DNA from: Bugula neritina
Taxonomy: Eukaryota; Animalia; Bryozoa
Assembly: GCA_964035545.1 (NCBI GenBank)
Contig: OZ037767.1
Span: 29,776,628-29,840,627, forward strand
Direction: 5' to 3'
Length of the DNA stretch: 64,000 nt
This document shows positions 22,978 through 47,147 of the stretch, in pieces; position 1 is the first letter of the stretch; each line of letters begins with the position of its first letter. A model generated the notes under the pieces. The model saw only the letters and a program-made list of their open reading frames with translations, searched no databases and was not told the origin of the DNA. Position numbers and translations under genes: made by a program.

Positions 22978-25900
22978 CTAAACAGTACAGTCTCTAGAAG
23001 TATAATGTACAGTATATTCTCCATATCCATCTGTTAGACTCACATCATCTAGATCTGTGACATCATACAACTCACAACTTCCTGTTTGTATATCATAGTT
23101 TACTGACTGACAGAGACTACTGGATGTACAGATACGAATACACTGTGCTGCTGACTTTACAGTGTGAGTAGATACTGTGTGAGCATCTATTCTAGAACCT
23201 TCCACTTTACAGAACATCATTTGCTGACTGTCTCCTCTGTAGCTCTTTGGAAAAGCTACGGACTCTTTATCTAAAGGGAAGGCAAGCATACATGCAGTTT
23301 AACAGATACCTGCAAGCACCTGCAAGCACCTGCAAGCACCTGCAATAGCTCATGAAAATAAAAATTTAGTGTTGATGATTTGCTTAATGCTTAAAGCCTG
23401 GCCACACGATCGTGAGAATCACACGAAATCGTCTATTTGACACGAAAAAACATTCGTACGAGAAAATTTGAGGGAATTCTAACGAAATCGTCATCGTTGT
23501 GTACACACAACGATGACGATGGACGAAAAATCACAATCCACGATAAGTACCATTTGATTGGTCAATAAAATTCTAGCAACAGTGATTATTTCATTTCTAC
23601 TACGTTTCTCTATATTTGGCAATTTTCTGCTGCTTGTATCTCGTGCAAGACTCTTTCATGGACTAATAAAAATGACTTGTTGCCACCAAAGTGGTATTTA
23701 TTAGGGGTATATATAGTATAAACGCCAAATATTTACTACAAATTTCAAAAATAGCATAAATTAAGTAGTATTACCATGCCTATTTGCATCCAATTACCTA
23801 GTCTTACATTTATAGCAGCTGTAATGTATTTTGCGTAAAATAGCTATTGCAAGCATTATTCAATTCATATTCACATTGTAATCACAGCTTAAACTTTATA
23901 GCTTTGTATTTACGTACATGAGTGAGTTTTAAATTTTTTTTAAAATTTTATATGCATAAAAAATGTGTTTAAAAATTTTACCAATAAACAAAACTAACAA
24001 GTGTACACATAAAATACCAAAAAAATAACAAAAATGGCAAAATCTTTCCTTTATAGTTTATAACTTATATAAACTTGCGGTACCAATTCTGGCATAAAGA
24101 CTTTTCGTCTAACGAGTGTGTGGCTGGTCAATACGAAAAGATAACTCACGAAAATAGTCACACGAGTTTCGTGTGATTCTCACGATCGTGTGGCCAGGCC
24201 TTTACTCATTATACTTGATAATTCATTTAAAAATCATGTTTTTTCAGTCTTAGGCAGCTGCTTAACTGAACACATTGAGTTCTTTATCTTCTTTGTTCAG
24301 CCTAATTATAGATTTCTTACAAAGTAATTGAATATTTATCTGAGTTTTTGAATGTTATAAGAATCTTTTTGTTTTTGTAATACTGGCCTAGCACAGCTCA
24401 CCATTGCAAGGAAAGTTTTCATAAATTATGTCAGCTTGACCCATAAACTTCAGAGTATCCCAGTTTATAACATTTCCTCTGTCATTACACCCCAACTGTT
24501 CTATTTCTGTCTCTGTTAGTACGTAGTCCCACATGTTGAATAACGCTACTTTTCCTGGTACTGACTGTATCAATTGTAAATCACCTTTTAAATTAAAAAG
24601 AGCACATAACTTCAAAGCATAACAAATAACAGTGATAAAATACCACAGGAACCTGAATGTGCATTTTATTATACATAATTATATATAATTTCCAACCTTT
24701 TTAAACATTCATACTCAGTACAAACTGATCGGTCATCAATATGATAATGCTTATACTATATGCAGTGTTAAATGGGTCCATTATAAACTGTTATACTGTG
24801 TGCAAATAAAGCATTACTCAATATTGCATAATTAATATGTAATAGTGTCCAGGAAACACAAAGCTACATCAAGTAGCTTTACTCACCACCAAATTCATCT
24901 TGTTCATGTAATAGAATTATAGTTCCTCCACTGTTTATACCAGCTGATGCAAATAATGTGGCAGCAGTTTGTATGAGCTTGAGTTTCCCACGAGTTTCTA
25001 GGTCAGCATACCACTGTGATTGAATAATATAAAAGTCTGCATTTTCAATAATATTATGTGAATGAGCATGCAATTATGAACATTCTTAGTTGCAACTTGT
25101 TTGTCAATACCAAACATATTATCCTGCAAAAAGTTTCAAAGTTATATATATGTGTACCAATAAAGAGATTTAGGGAGCAATAGTCGAATTGAGTCAGTAG
25201 ATCGAATTCCAGTAACTCGAGTTGTCAGAAAGAGTAATTAGTCGAAATTGCCTTTTGCCACAGTATAAACAAGTCCGTTTGAGTTAAATAAATTGAAAGT
25301 ATATCAACTACAAAACTTTAAGTTATATTGACCGAGTATTTTAATATAAAAATATGACTGAATAGTTCAAAGTTAGTCTTCATTGCCCAGTATCTTCAAG
25401 CTGTTCAAACTCACGGCAAGTTTTCCTTCTGCCTGCCATGTGAAGCAGTGTTTATGCCAGCCATAGAGTGTGTACATTGGTGTGTTGGTCAACTCCATTC
25501 TATATGTATTTCTGAGAGTCTCTTGTATATTGCTGTTAATAAAGCTTAAAGCAAACTCATTATCTTCACCTGCCAGGTAATACGATTAAAATTACAGGTA
25601 TTCACTGCAACAATAATACAACACAATTTAATAATAGAGTAATTACAAAATAAAAATTATACAATGCCAATAATACCATACAACAATACAGTCCAATAAG
25701 ATAATACAATAATGCAGCAATAAGACATACAATTATATAATATAACTGTATAATAAAATAACATTGTTAAGCAAACTATGCTATAAACTAAGAAAATAAT
25801 ATTACATAAAATCAAACAAACGATTTACTTGGCAGAGAAATTGTGAACAGAAATCTATCAACTGTCGTTGGCAAGTGACTTTTGGAGAGCCAGAAACAGC

Positions 25901-27029
25901 AGGTAAAGTTTGAGAGTGCAGGTAGATTTTCCTGGTATACATAATCAGTAATAGATCTGTGTTGTGTGTATACTGGGAGTTGCTTACTCCTGCCACCTTT
26001 AGAACAACATTAGAATAACTAGCTTATAGTGTTGACTCGTATAATAGCTTGGTTTCATCCCAGATAGACGCTTCCCAGTTGGACGCTATTTTTTATTTTG
26101 GTACCATAATGATATATATACATTAACCGTTGTATTGATTGCTAAATAGCTAATATGCTTATATAATTATAATAGCTAATATAAAGTATTTGGAATAATA
26201 GCCTACTTTCACTGATTTGTGTGGGGCAAAAAACAGTAATACATTAATAACAGACATTATTTTTAATGAATACTTATTAAAGAAACAGTTATTTCAAACA
26301 ACAAGAAATATAGAATATGAAATAATTAAGTTAATGCAGAGCAAAGGAATTTATTTATGTGCTAAATAGCAAAGAATTGATCCAAGTTCATTTAAATATG
26401 CATATATTTCAACAATTTTTAAATAAATTGCACATAAAATATATATTGTACCAAAATAAATAAATAGCGTTTAACTGGGAAGTGTCTATCTGGGATGACA
26501 CCAATAGCTTGAGTAAATGAGAAGCAAGCACAGCACAGGTTTTATATTTATTTAAAGCAAAGCTATAAAATAATGCTATTTGCTTTTAATAACAATTAGT
26601 TATATATACAAGCCTTGTTTAACAAGCTTTATTAATTAACATATTATTTTACATAGTTTTACAATAATCTATATATTACATGATTCTATACATAATATAT
26701 TTCATGGCTTTATAATATATTACATATTTGATGATTCTATATATGGTATGTCACATATTAGTTATATATACAAGCTTTGTTTAACAAGCACTATTAATTA
26801 ACATATTATTTTACATGGTTTTACAATAATCTATATATTACATGATTCTATATACACAATATATTTCATGGTTCTATAATATATTACATATTTGATGATT
26901 CTATATATGATATGTCACATAATTCTATATATTAAACCTTGCATTATACTGATAAAATAACATACCTGCAGTGTAACGAATAACACAAAGCTGCCAGCAT
27001 ATGTATAGAAACAGACAGTATTTCAACAT
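22978..27029 (-). CDS. Secreted pentraxin-PAN/apple protein, copy 4 (type B), ~329 aa
   Basis: Exons 27029-26966, 25996-25829, 25569-25415, 25013-24887, 24584-24402, 23270-22978. Same exon lengths and phases as copy 2. Confidence 0.9.
23394..24201. mobile_element. PIF/Harbinger-type MITE (808 bp)
   Basis: 35-bp TIR A(A/G)GCCTGGCCACACGATCGTGAGAATCACACGAAA with one mismatch and a TTA TSD. The empty site aatgcTTActc is at ~11635 in copy 2. Confidence 0.93.
26051..26502. mobile_element. MITE, paralog of 13475-13931
   Basis: Same TIRs and AATAGCTT TSD. Confidence 0.85.
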
Positions 27030-27859
27030 TTTCAACTCAATCTCTGAGCAGCTGTTACCTGCTGTTTCGGCTGAGGGCTGTAGCTGTTATCTGGGCTAGC
27101 ATTGTGCTGATTTATATGCTTATTATGACGTATTGATTTACTTATTTATAATATTATTGAGTGATTCCTAGCAACTAATGCTTAATAAAACACTTAGATT
27201 ATTATATTTTATCTGTTTGAATCTTTTGCAATTTAGCTTTTAGCTAAGCAGGAAAATACTAAAAGATTTCTTTGATGACGCTGCTTTAATTATTACATTA
27301 AATCACTGTTTATTTCTATTATAATGACTACTAGTAATGCATACTATAATGAAACGTAGCAATAAAATTATAATTCTTGTCATCATTCCAGATAATTATT
27401 TAGTAGATGAAAGCATTGTATTTATAATCGATATATTTTCATTTATTTTGTGAATGTTTATCAAGCATTATTTTTATTATAAAACAAGACTCAATTCAAA
27501 CCTTTTAATTGCAATTTGTGAATCATATTAGAAAATGTTATTTACTGTTTTGGCAAATTAGACTTACTTTTCTAAACATTGCTATATTTACACTACTATA
27601 GTGAGAACTTTGTCTTCCGTTATTTGAGCTATGATACAAATTAATTGAATGATTAGACGGTGGTCCTAGATTTGCTAACATAAATTATAAGCCTTTGAAT
27701 ATATTATACACTGTTTATTAATAAATCCTTTAAAATTAAACATGAATAGTTTATATTGTATTATGCTATATGTTATATTACTGTACATTATATTATTATG
27801 ATGCACCAGTAGAATATAGCAGTCATGCATTTACCTTCATAATATTTAGTGTTTTCTGT

Positions 27860-27861
<2 letters not shown>

Positions 27862-27900
<39 letters not shown>
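27862..27900. repeat. (CAG)13 microsatellite, unit 2
   Basis: Directly visible. Confidence 0.97.
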
Positions 27901-27903
<3 letters not shown>

Positions 27904-28964
27904 CAATATATTGATTATAGTTTTAAAGACTAGCCAATTGTTTGTTTCTATTTTAGACGGATTGACATTACATTGTTTTAGCATGCCAGAAATGGAAATA
28001 ACACCGGATGCACTACCTATATAGACAGGATTTCTAGAATCGACTTTTTTAACAAGTCAAGCAATTCAATTAAAATAGTTTGAAGATAAAAAAGAACAAA
28101 GTAAATATGCAGCAATCAAAGTCACGGCTCAATTTAATCCAATATAGCTTTTGTAACCACATTTGTGACTTTTTTTAAAAACGAGTATGGGCCATCTTAT
28201 TCTCAAACCTAAAAACATAAATTTAACATAAGAAATCAGGCTACCTTGAAGCTATCAAAGAATAACAGAGTTTATTTGAATAATTCCGAAATTATTGGCT
28301 TTACAGCCATGACTGTTTTAACTATAATTTCATAGCTGGCATTGAAATGAAAGTTGAGTTAATACTGTTTTTAACTGCTGAAGTTGAAGCTTACATCAAA
28401 GTAAAGATGAGCTATAAAAAGAGCTTTGTTATGTTTGAAGAGTATGTAGACTTTGAAATCTTGCACATACAAGAAAACCTGAGCTAGTGAATGGCAAGAA
28501 AAGCTGCATAGATATATAGAAAGCCAGCTAAAAAATATTAGATACGGGAGAGTAGAACAAAAACATTTACAACATACTATAATTTATTAATTGTTTGTTC
28601 AAGTGTTACAACAGTGGGAAGCGCTATAACAACAGGCATAAGTATCAACCAATAAAAATAAAGTAGCAGCATTCACTAATTAGTATTATTTTTAGCTAAA
28701 TTTTGTGGTTACACAGCAAAATAGTTACATTATTTTCTATAGACTTGATGAATGAATTATTAGAGTTTTTCTTTCCTTTTTTTAAAATACTGGTTGAATG
28801 CTCTGTATTTTCTGGAGTATGCATTGTTGACACTACATGAGAGTTGCTATATGCATTAGCATCTACGTAAATTATTTCAGTATACTTGTCTTGTAACTTT
28901 TTTCATCATTGTATTATATGCAAATATATATCAAGTTAAAAGCTTTTGACTTTTGTAGCAGCTG

Positions 28965-29699
28965 CTAAAACTGTGTTGTTGAAATCTTATCCAAAATTTG
29001 TGCTAAGATCTTTATTTTAGCTTCTTCAAGTTTCAACTTTTTAGCTTTGAGCTCATAGCTTTTATTGTCTGTTTTACCAAGATGAGAAAGCAAATCTACA
29101 GTTTTCTCGCTCTTTCAATTGGCTTGCAGTGACGGTAGTGTTGGCCATGGATAGCTCTCTTTCTTTCTCTTGCTATGACACTCCTTGACTTTTTCTTGTG
29201 ACTTTTGCACTTCTCAATTCCTCTAAGAAATATATAATGTTTTATACATCTACAAGTTTAAACTTTTATATACATCTCTATACTGCATGTGTTAAATACA
29301 CACCTTTGATTATAAAGTTGCAGAACCATAATATTTATAATCATAAATAATTTGCCTTTTTCAATCAGAGCTTCTAATATATTTTGTAATAAAAAGGCTG
29401 TAAATTATAGCCAATAATTTAAGTTAAAGTAAATTGTAATCAGCAGAGAACACATATAGAGAAGTAAAATCGCAACCTTGACTCTTCTGAACTACTTTCT
29501 GTATCTGTGTTCTGATTGGACAACAGCAGCTGAGGTGGCATTTCTATTGGTGCTAGTTTTGACAGTTGGGGTCTAGTTTGTTGGAGTTGTCTAACTTGTT
29601 GTTCTTGATGCTGTAGCTTGTGATCTTGTGGTTCTTGCAATAATTGCTGAGATTGTGTGTGCATTTGTAGTTGATGCTGTTGCTCTGCAAGATCAGACT
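28965..29699 (-). pseudogene. Second orphan duplicate of the neighbour's last two exons, frameshifted
   Basis: Near-identical to 34976-35744 but with a 34-nt deletion at ~29104 bounded by AGTTT microhomology. Confidence 0.75.
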
Positions 29700-30136
29700 C
29701 TTAGCAATATATTGCATATATAAATATGAGTGTATAATTTTCACCATGCTAATTTTTTAAGTTATCAAAGCAACTGCTAGTATACAAATGCGCATGTAGT
29801 TCGATCAATTTTTCTTATTAATATAAGCTTTAAGTTTATAAATACAAACGTATATGTCACAAAACCAAGGCTTATATTGATAAACATTGCTATGAAATTC
29901 TATTTCATAAATCGGAAATGGTTTTCTCAAAACAGCAAAAAAATCATAAAAAGTACTATAATGAATCCAAAACATGCTTTCAACATGAAATCCAATTTGA
30001 AAAAAATATGGATTAAATTGTTATTTACATCAATTTTCTGCAATTAAACACAAAGAAACTATAAATAGACGCAAATATTATAACTATGCAATGATTTATT
30101 AACTATTACATCATACAGTTACTATGCTGAGTATAA

Positions 30137-32900
30137 CTAAACAGTACAGTCTCTAGAAGTATAATGTACAGCATGTTCTCCATATCCATCTGTTAGACTC
30201 ACATCATCTAGATCTGTGACATCATACAACTCACAACTTCCTGTTTGCATATCATAGTTTGCTGACTGACAGAGACTACTGGATGTACAGATACGAATAC
30301 ACTGTGCTGCTGACTTTACAGTGTGAGTAGATACTGTGTGAGCATCTATTCTAGAACCTTCCACTTTACAGAACATCATTTGCTGACTGTCTCCTCTGTA
30401 GCTCTTTGGGAAAGCTACAGACTCTTTATCTGAAATAAAGGCAAGCATGCATGCACTGTAACAAGTACCTGCAAGCACCTGCAAGCACCTGCAAGCACCT
30501 GCAAGCACCTGCAATAGCTCTGAAAGTACAAATTTCTGCAGCATTTAGTCAGTTGCAATCTGGAGTTCAAAAACAGTATTGGTTGTATTATTGAAGCTGA
30601 GATTTTGATGCTTCGCCTACTCATTCTACTTGATAATTCATTTAAAAATCTTGCTTTGTTCTAGTCTTAAGCAGCTGCTTAACTTAATGCATTGGATTCT
30701 TTATATTCTCTTACAAAGTAATTGAGTTTTTATCTGAGTTTTTGACCGTTACAAAAATCATTTTGATTTTTAATGACAGCACAGCTCACCATTACAAGGA
30801 AAGTTTTCATAAATTATGTCAGCTTGACCCATAAACTTCAGAGTATCCCAGTTTATAACATTCCCTCTGTCATTACACCCCAACTCTTGTATTTCTGTCT
30901 CTGTTAGTATGTAGTCCCACATGTTGAATAACGCAACTTTTCCTGGTACTGATTGTTTCAATTCTAAGTTACCTTATAAATGTAAAAAATGTACACTTTG
31001 AAATTACAATGACTAAAAGTAATAAACTACTACACTAAGGTGAATGCGCATAATTATTATACATATATAAAGTGTATAGCTTTTGAAACTATTCACTCTG
31101 TATATAATAAGGTTTAAACATTTACGGTGTTCAACGGATAAATTATAGACTGTTACATTTTATAATTCTGCAAATAAAACATTATACTCAATAATGTGAA
31201 TATGTGATAAACTGCAAAAAGCACCAAAAGCAGTATTGTTTTACTCACCACCAAAGCTATCTTGTTCATGTAGTAGTACTATAGTTCCTCCACTGTTTGT
31301 ACCAGCTGATGTCAATGCTGTGGCAGCAGTTTTTACGAGTTTGAGTTTTCCACGAGTTTCCAGGTCAGCGTACCACTGTGGTTAAGTAACACAAAAGGTC
31401 AGCAGCATAAATAATATGTGAATGAGCAGCTTATGAACATTCATAGCTGCATTTTTGTAATTATAATCAAACAGATTCTCTGATTACACATAGTAATCAT
31501 TATTTTATATGGTAACTTTAAAAAAATTCAGCATGCACTGGCCTAATATCAATGGCTCGAATCCCAGTAATGGCCATTGCTGATGTCCGCAAGGTTAACG
31601 AATCAGCAGTCAAAATTGCCGTTTTGCCACAATATAAACAGGTCTGTTTGAGCTAAATGGATTGTTAGTATATTACATCATCAACTATAAGACTAAAGTT
31701 TCTCTAAATGAGAATTTAATATAAAAAGAGTGAATAGTGAAAAGTGAATAGTTTGTCTTCATTCAAGCTGTTCAAACTCACATCAAGATTTCCTTCTGCC
31801 TGCCAAGTGAAGCAGTGTTTATGCCAGCCATAAAGTGTGTACATTGGTGTGTTGGTCAACTCAACTCTATATGTATTTTTGAGAGTCTCTCTTATATTGC
31901 CGTTGATGAAGCTTAAAGAAAACTCATTATCTTCACCTGCCAGGTAACACAATTAAAATTACACATACAGTAAAACAATAATACAATACAATTTAATAAT
32001 ACAATAATTATAAAAAAACTATACAGTGACAATAATATCATACACCAATAAGATAATAAAATAACACAGTAATAAAACATACAGTAATATAATATAACTG
32101 TATAATAAAACAATAATATGAAAACTTAAACTATATGCAATAAAGTGATAAAATAATACTGTATAAAATCAACAAACAACCAACAAACAATTTACCTGAC
32201 ACTGAAACAGAGAACAGAAATCTTTCATTTGGCATTGGCAAGTAACCTTTGGAGAGCCAGAAACAGCAGGTGAAGTTTAAAAGTGCAGGTAAGTTTTCCT
32301 GGTAGATATAATCAGTAATAGATCTGTGTTGTGTGTACACTGGGAGTTGCTTGCTCCTGCCACCTTTAGAAAACCGGTAAAATAAATGTTAAATGTTATG
32401 TTAAGTCATATATAATTGTTATTGCAATAACAACCTGAGTAAATGACAAGCAAGTGCAGCACTGGTTATATTTTATTTAAAGCAAATATATTTAAGTTAT
32501 ATAAAAATAATTCGATTTCAATAACAAAGTTATTATACATGCCTTGTTTGTCATGTTCTATTAATATCTATTACATGGTTCTACATATTATATTATACTA
32601 CATGGCTCTACATATTATATTATACTACATGGTTCTACATATTATATTATATTACATGGTTCTACATATTATATTATATTACATGGTTCTACATATTATA
32701 TTACACTACATGGTTCTACATATTATATTATACTACATGGTTCTACATATTATATATTACATTGTTTATATATGCATACATATTATATATTACATGGCTA
32801 TATATATAATTTATATATACGGATAAAATAACATACCTGCAGTGTAAGGAATAACACAAAGCTGCCAGCTTATGTATAGAAACAGACAATATTTCAACAT
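30137..32900 (-). CDS. Secreted pentraxin-PAN/apple protein, copy 5 (mosaic: B-like 5' half, A-like 3' half), ~329 aa
   Basis: Exons 32900-32837, 32363-32196, 31936-31782, 31375-31249, 30972-30790, 30429-30137. Open frame. Confidence 0.9.
32570..32800. repeat. 24-bp minisatellite (tattacatggttctacatattata)n in intron 1 of copy 5
   Basis: About nine tandem units. Explains the spurious repetitive ORF 32443-32826. Confidence 0.9.
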
Positions 32901-33789
32901 CTTCAACTCAAAGTCTAAGTAGCAAAACCTGGCGCTCCAGTGAAGGCTGTAACTGTTATCTGGAAAAATATTGCGCTGATTTATATACTTACCATAACCT
33001 ATTGATTTTACTTATTTATAATATTATTGATTGATTCCTAGCAACTACTGCTCAATAAAACACCTAGAGTATTATATTTTATCTGTTTGAACTTTTCACT
33101 AGCTTTTAACTAAGCAATGCATCAGGTTATACAAACATTACGCCTAAAAGTGAATTTGCATGAGGAAAATACTAAACAATTTCTTTGATGACCCTGCTTT
33201 AAATACTATGATGAATCACTGTTTATTTCTAATATAATGACTAGTTGTAATGCAGACTATAATGAAGCTTAGCTATAATTATAATTCTTGTCATCGATTT
33301 TGGATAATTATTTAATAGCTCAAAGTATTGTCTTCATAACCAAATATTTTTATTCATTTTGTGAATGTTTGCAAGCATTTTATTTATCATAAGACAACAA
33401 ATTAATTCAAGCTTTTTATAGTTGCAACATGTCTTTTTATAGTTGCAACATGTCAATTGTATTATAAAATGTTATTTACTGTTTTTTAAATTATACTTAC
33501 TTTTTTAAACATTGCTATATTTACACTACTAGTGAGAACTTTGTCTTCCGTTATTGGAGTTATGATACGAATTAGTTGAATGATTAGACCATGGTCCTAG
33601 ATTTGCTAACATAAGTTATAAGCCCCGTTAAATATATCGTATACTGTTTAATAATTATTCCTTTAAGATTACATATGAATAGTTTTATATTGTCTTATGT
33701 TATATTATATTACTGCACATTATATTATTATGATGCACCAATGGCATATAGCAGTCATGCATTTAACTTCATAGTATTTAATGTTTTCT

Positions 33790-33921
<132 letters not shown>

Positions 33922-34975
33922 GGAAGATTATATTGATTACAGTTTTAAAGGCTAGCCAATTGTTTGCTACTATTTTATACGGATTAGTATTACATTGCTT
34001 TAACATGCCAGAAATGAAAATAAAGCCGGATGCACTACCTAGACAGGATTTCTAGAATTGAATTTCGGAACAAGTGAAGCTGTACTTTAATTAAAAAAAC
34101 TTCCTGATCAAAGAGAACAAAGTATATATTCAGCGATATGCAGAGTCACGGCTCAATTTAATCCAACTTAGCTTTTGCAACCACATTTGTGACCTTTTTA
34201 AAAACAAGTATGGGTCATCTTATTGTCAAACATAAAACCATAAATTTAACATAAGAAATAAGGCTACCTTGAAGCTATCAAAGAATAACGGAGTTTATTT
34301 GAATAATTCCGAAATTATTGGCTTTACAGCCATGACTGTTTTAACTATAATTTCATAACTGGCATTGAAATGAAAGTTGAGTTAATAGCCTACTGCTTTT
34401 AGCTACTGACGTTGAAGCTTACATCAAAGTAAAGATGAGCTATAAAAAGAGCTTTGTTATGTTTGAAGAGTATGTAGACTTTGAAACCTTGCACATACAA
34501 GCGAACCTGAGCCATGCAGTGAATGGCAAGAAAAGCTGCATAAATATAGAAAGCCAGATAAAAAATATTAGATACAAGAGAGTAGAACAAAAACATTTAC
34601 AACATACTATAATTTATTAATTGTTAGTTCAAGTGGTACAACAGTGGGAAGCGCTATAACAACAGGCATAAGTATTAAGCAATAAAAATAAAGTAGCAGC
34701 ATTCACTAATTAGTATTATGTTTAGCTAAATTTTGTGATTATTTATAGTTGCTACACAGCAAAATAGTTACGTCATTTTTTATAGACTTGATGAATGAAT
34801 TGTTAGAGTTTTTCTTTCCCTTTCTTAAGCTACTGTTTGATTGCTCTGTATTTTCTGGAGTATGTGTTGTTGACACTACATGAGAGTTGCTATATTATTA
34901 TTTGTAACTTTTTTCATCATTGTATTATATGCAAATATATATCGAGTTAAAAGCTTTTGACTTTTGTAGCAGCTG

Positions 34976-47147
<12,172 letters not shown>

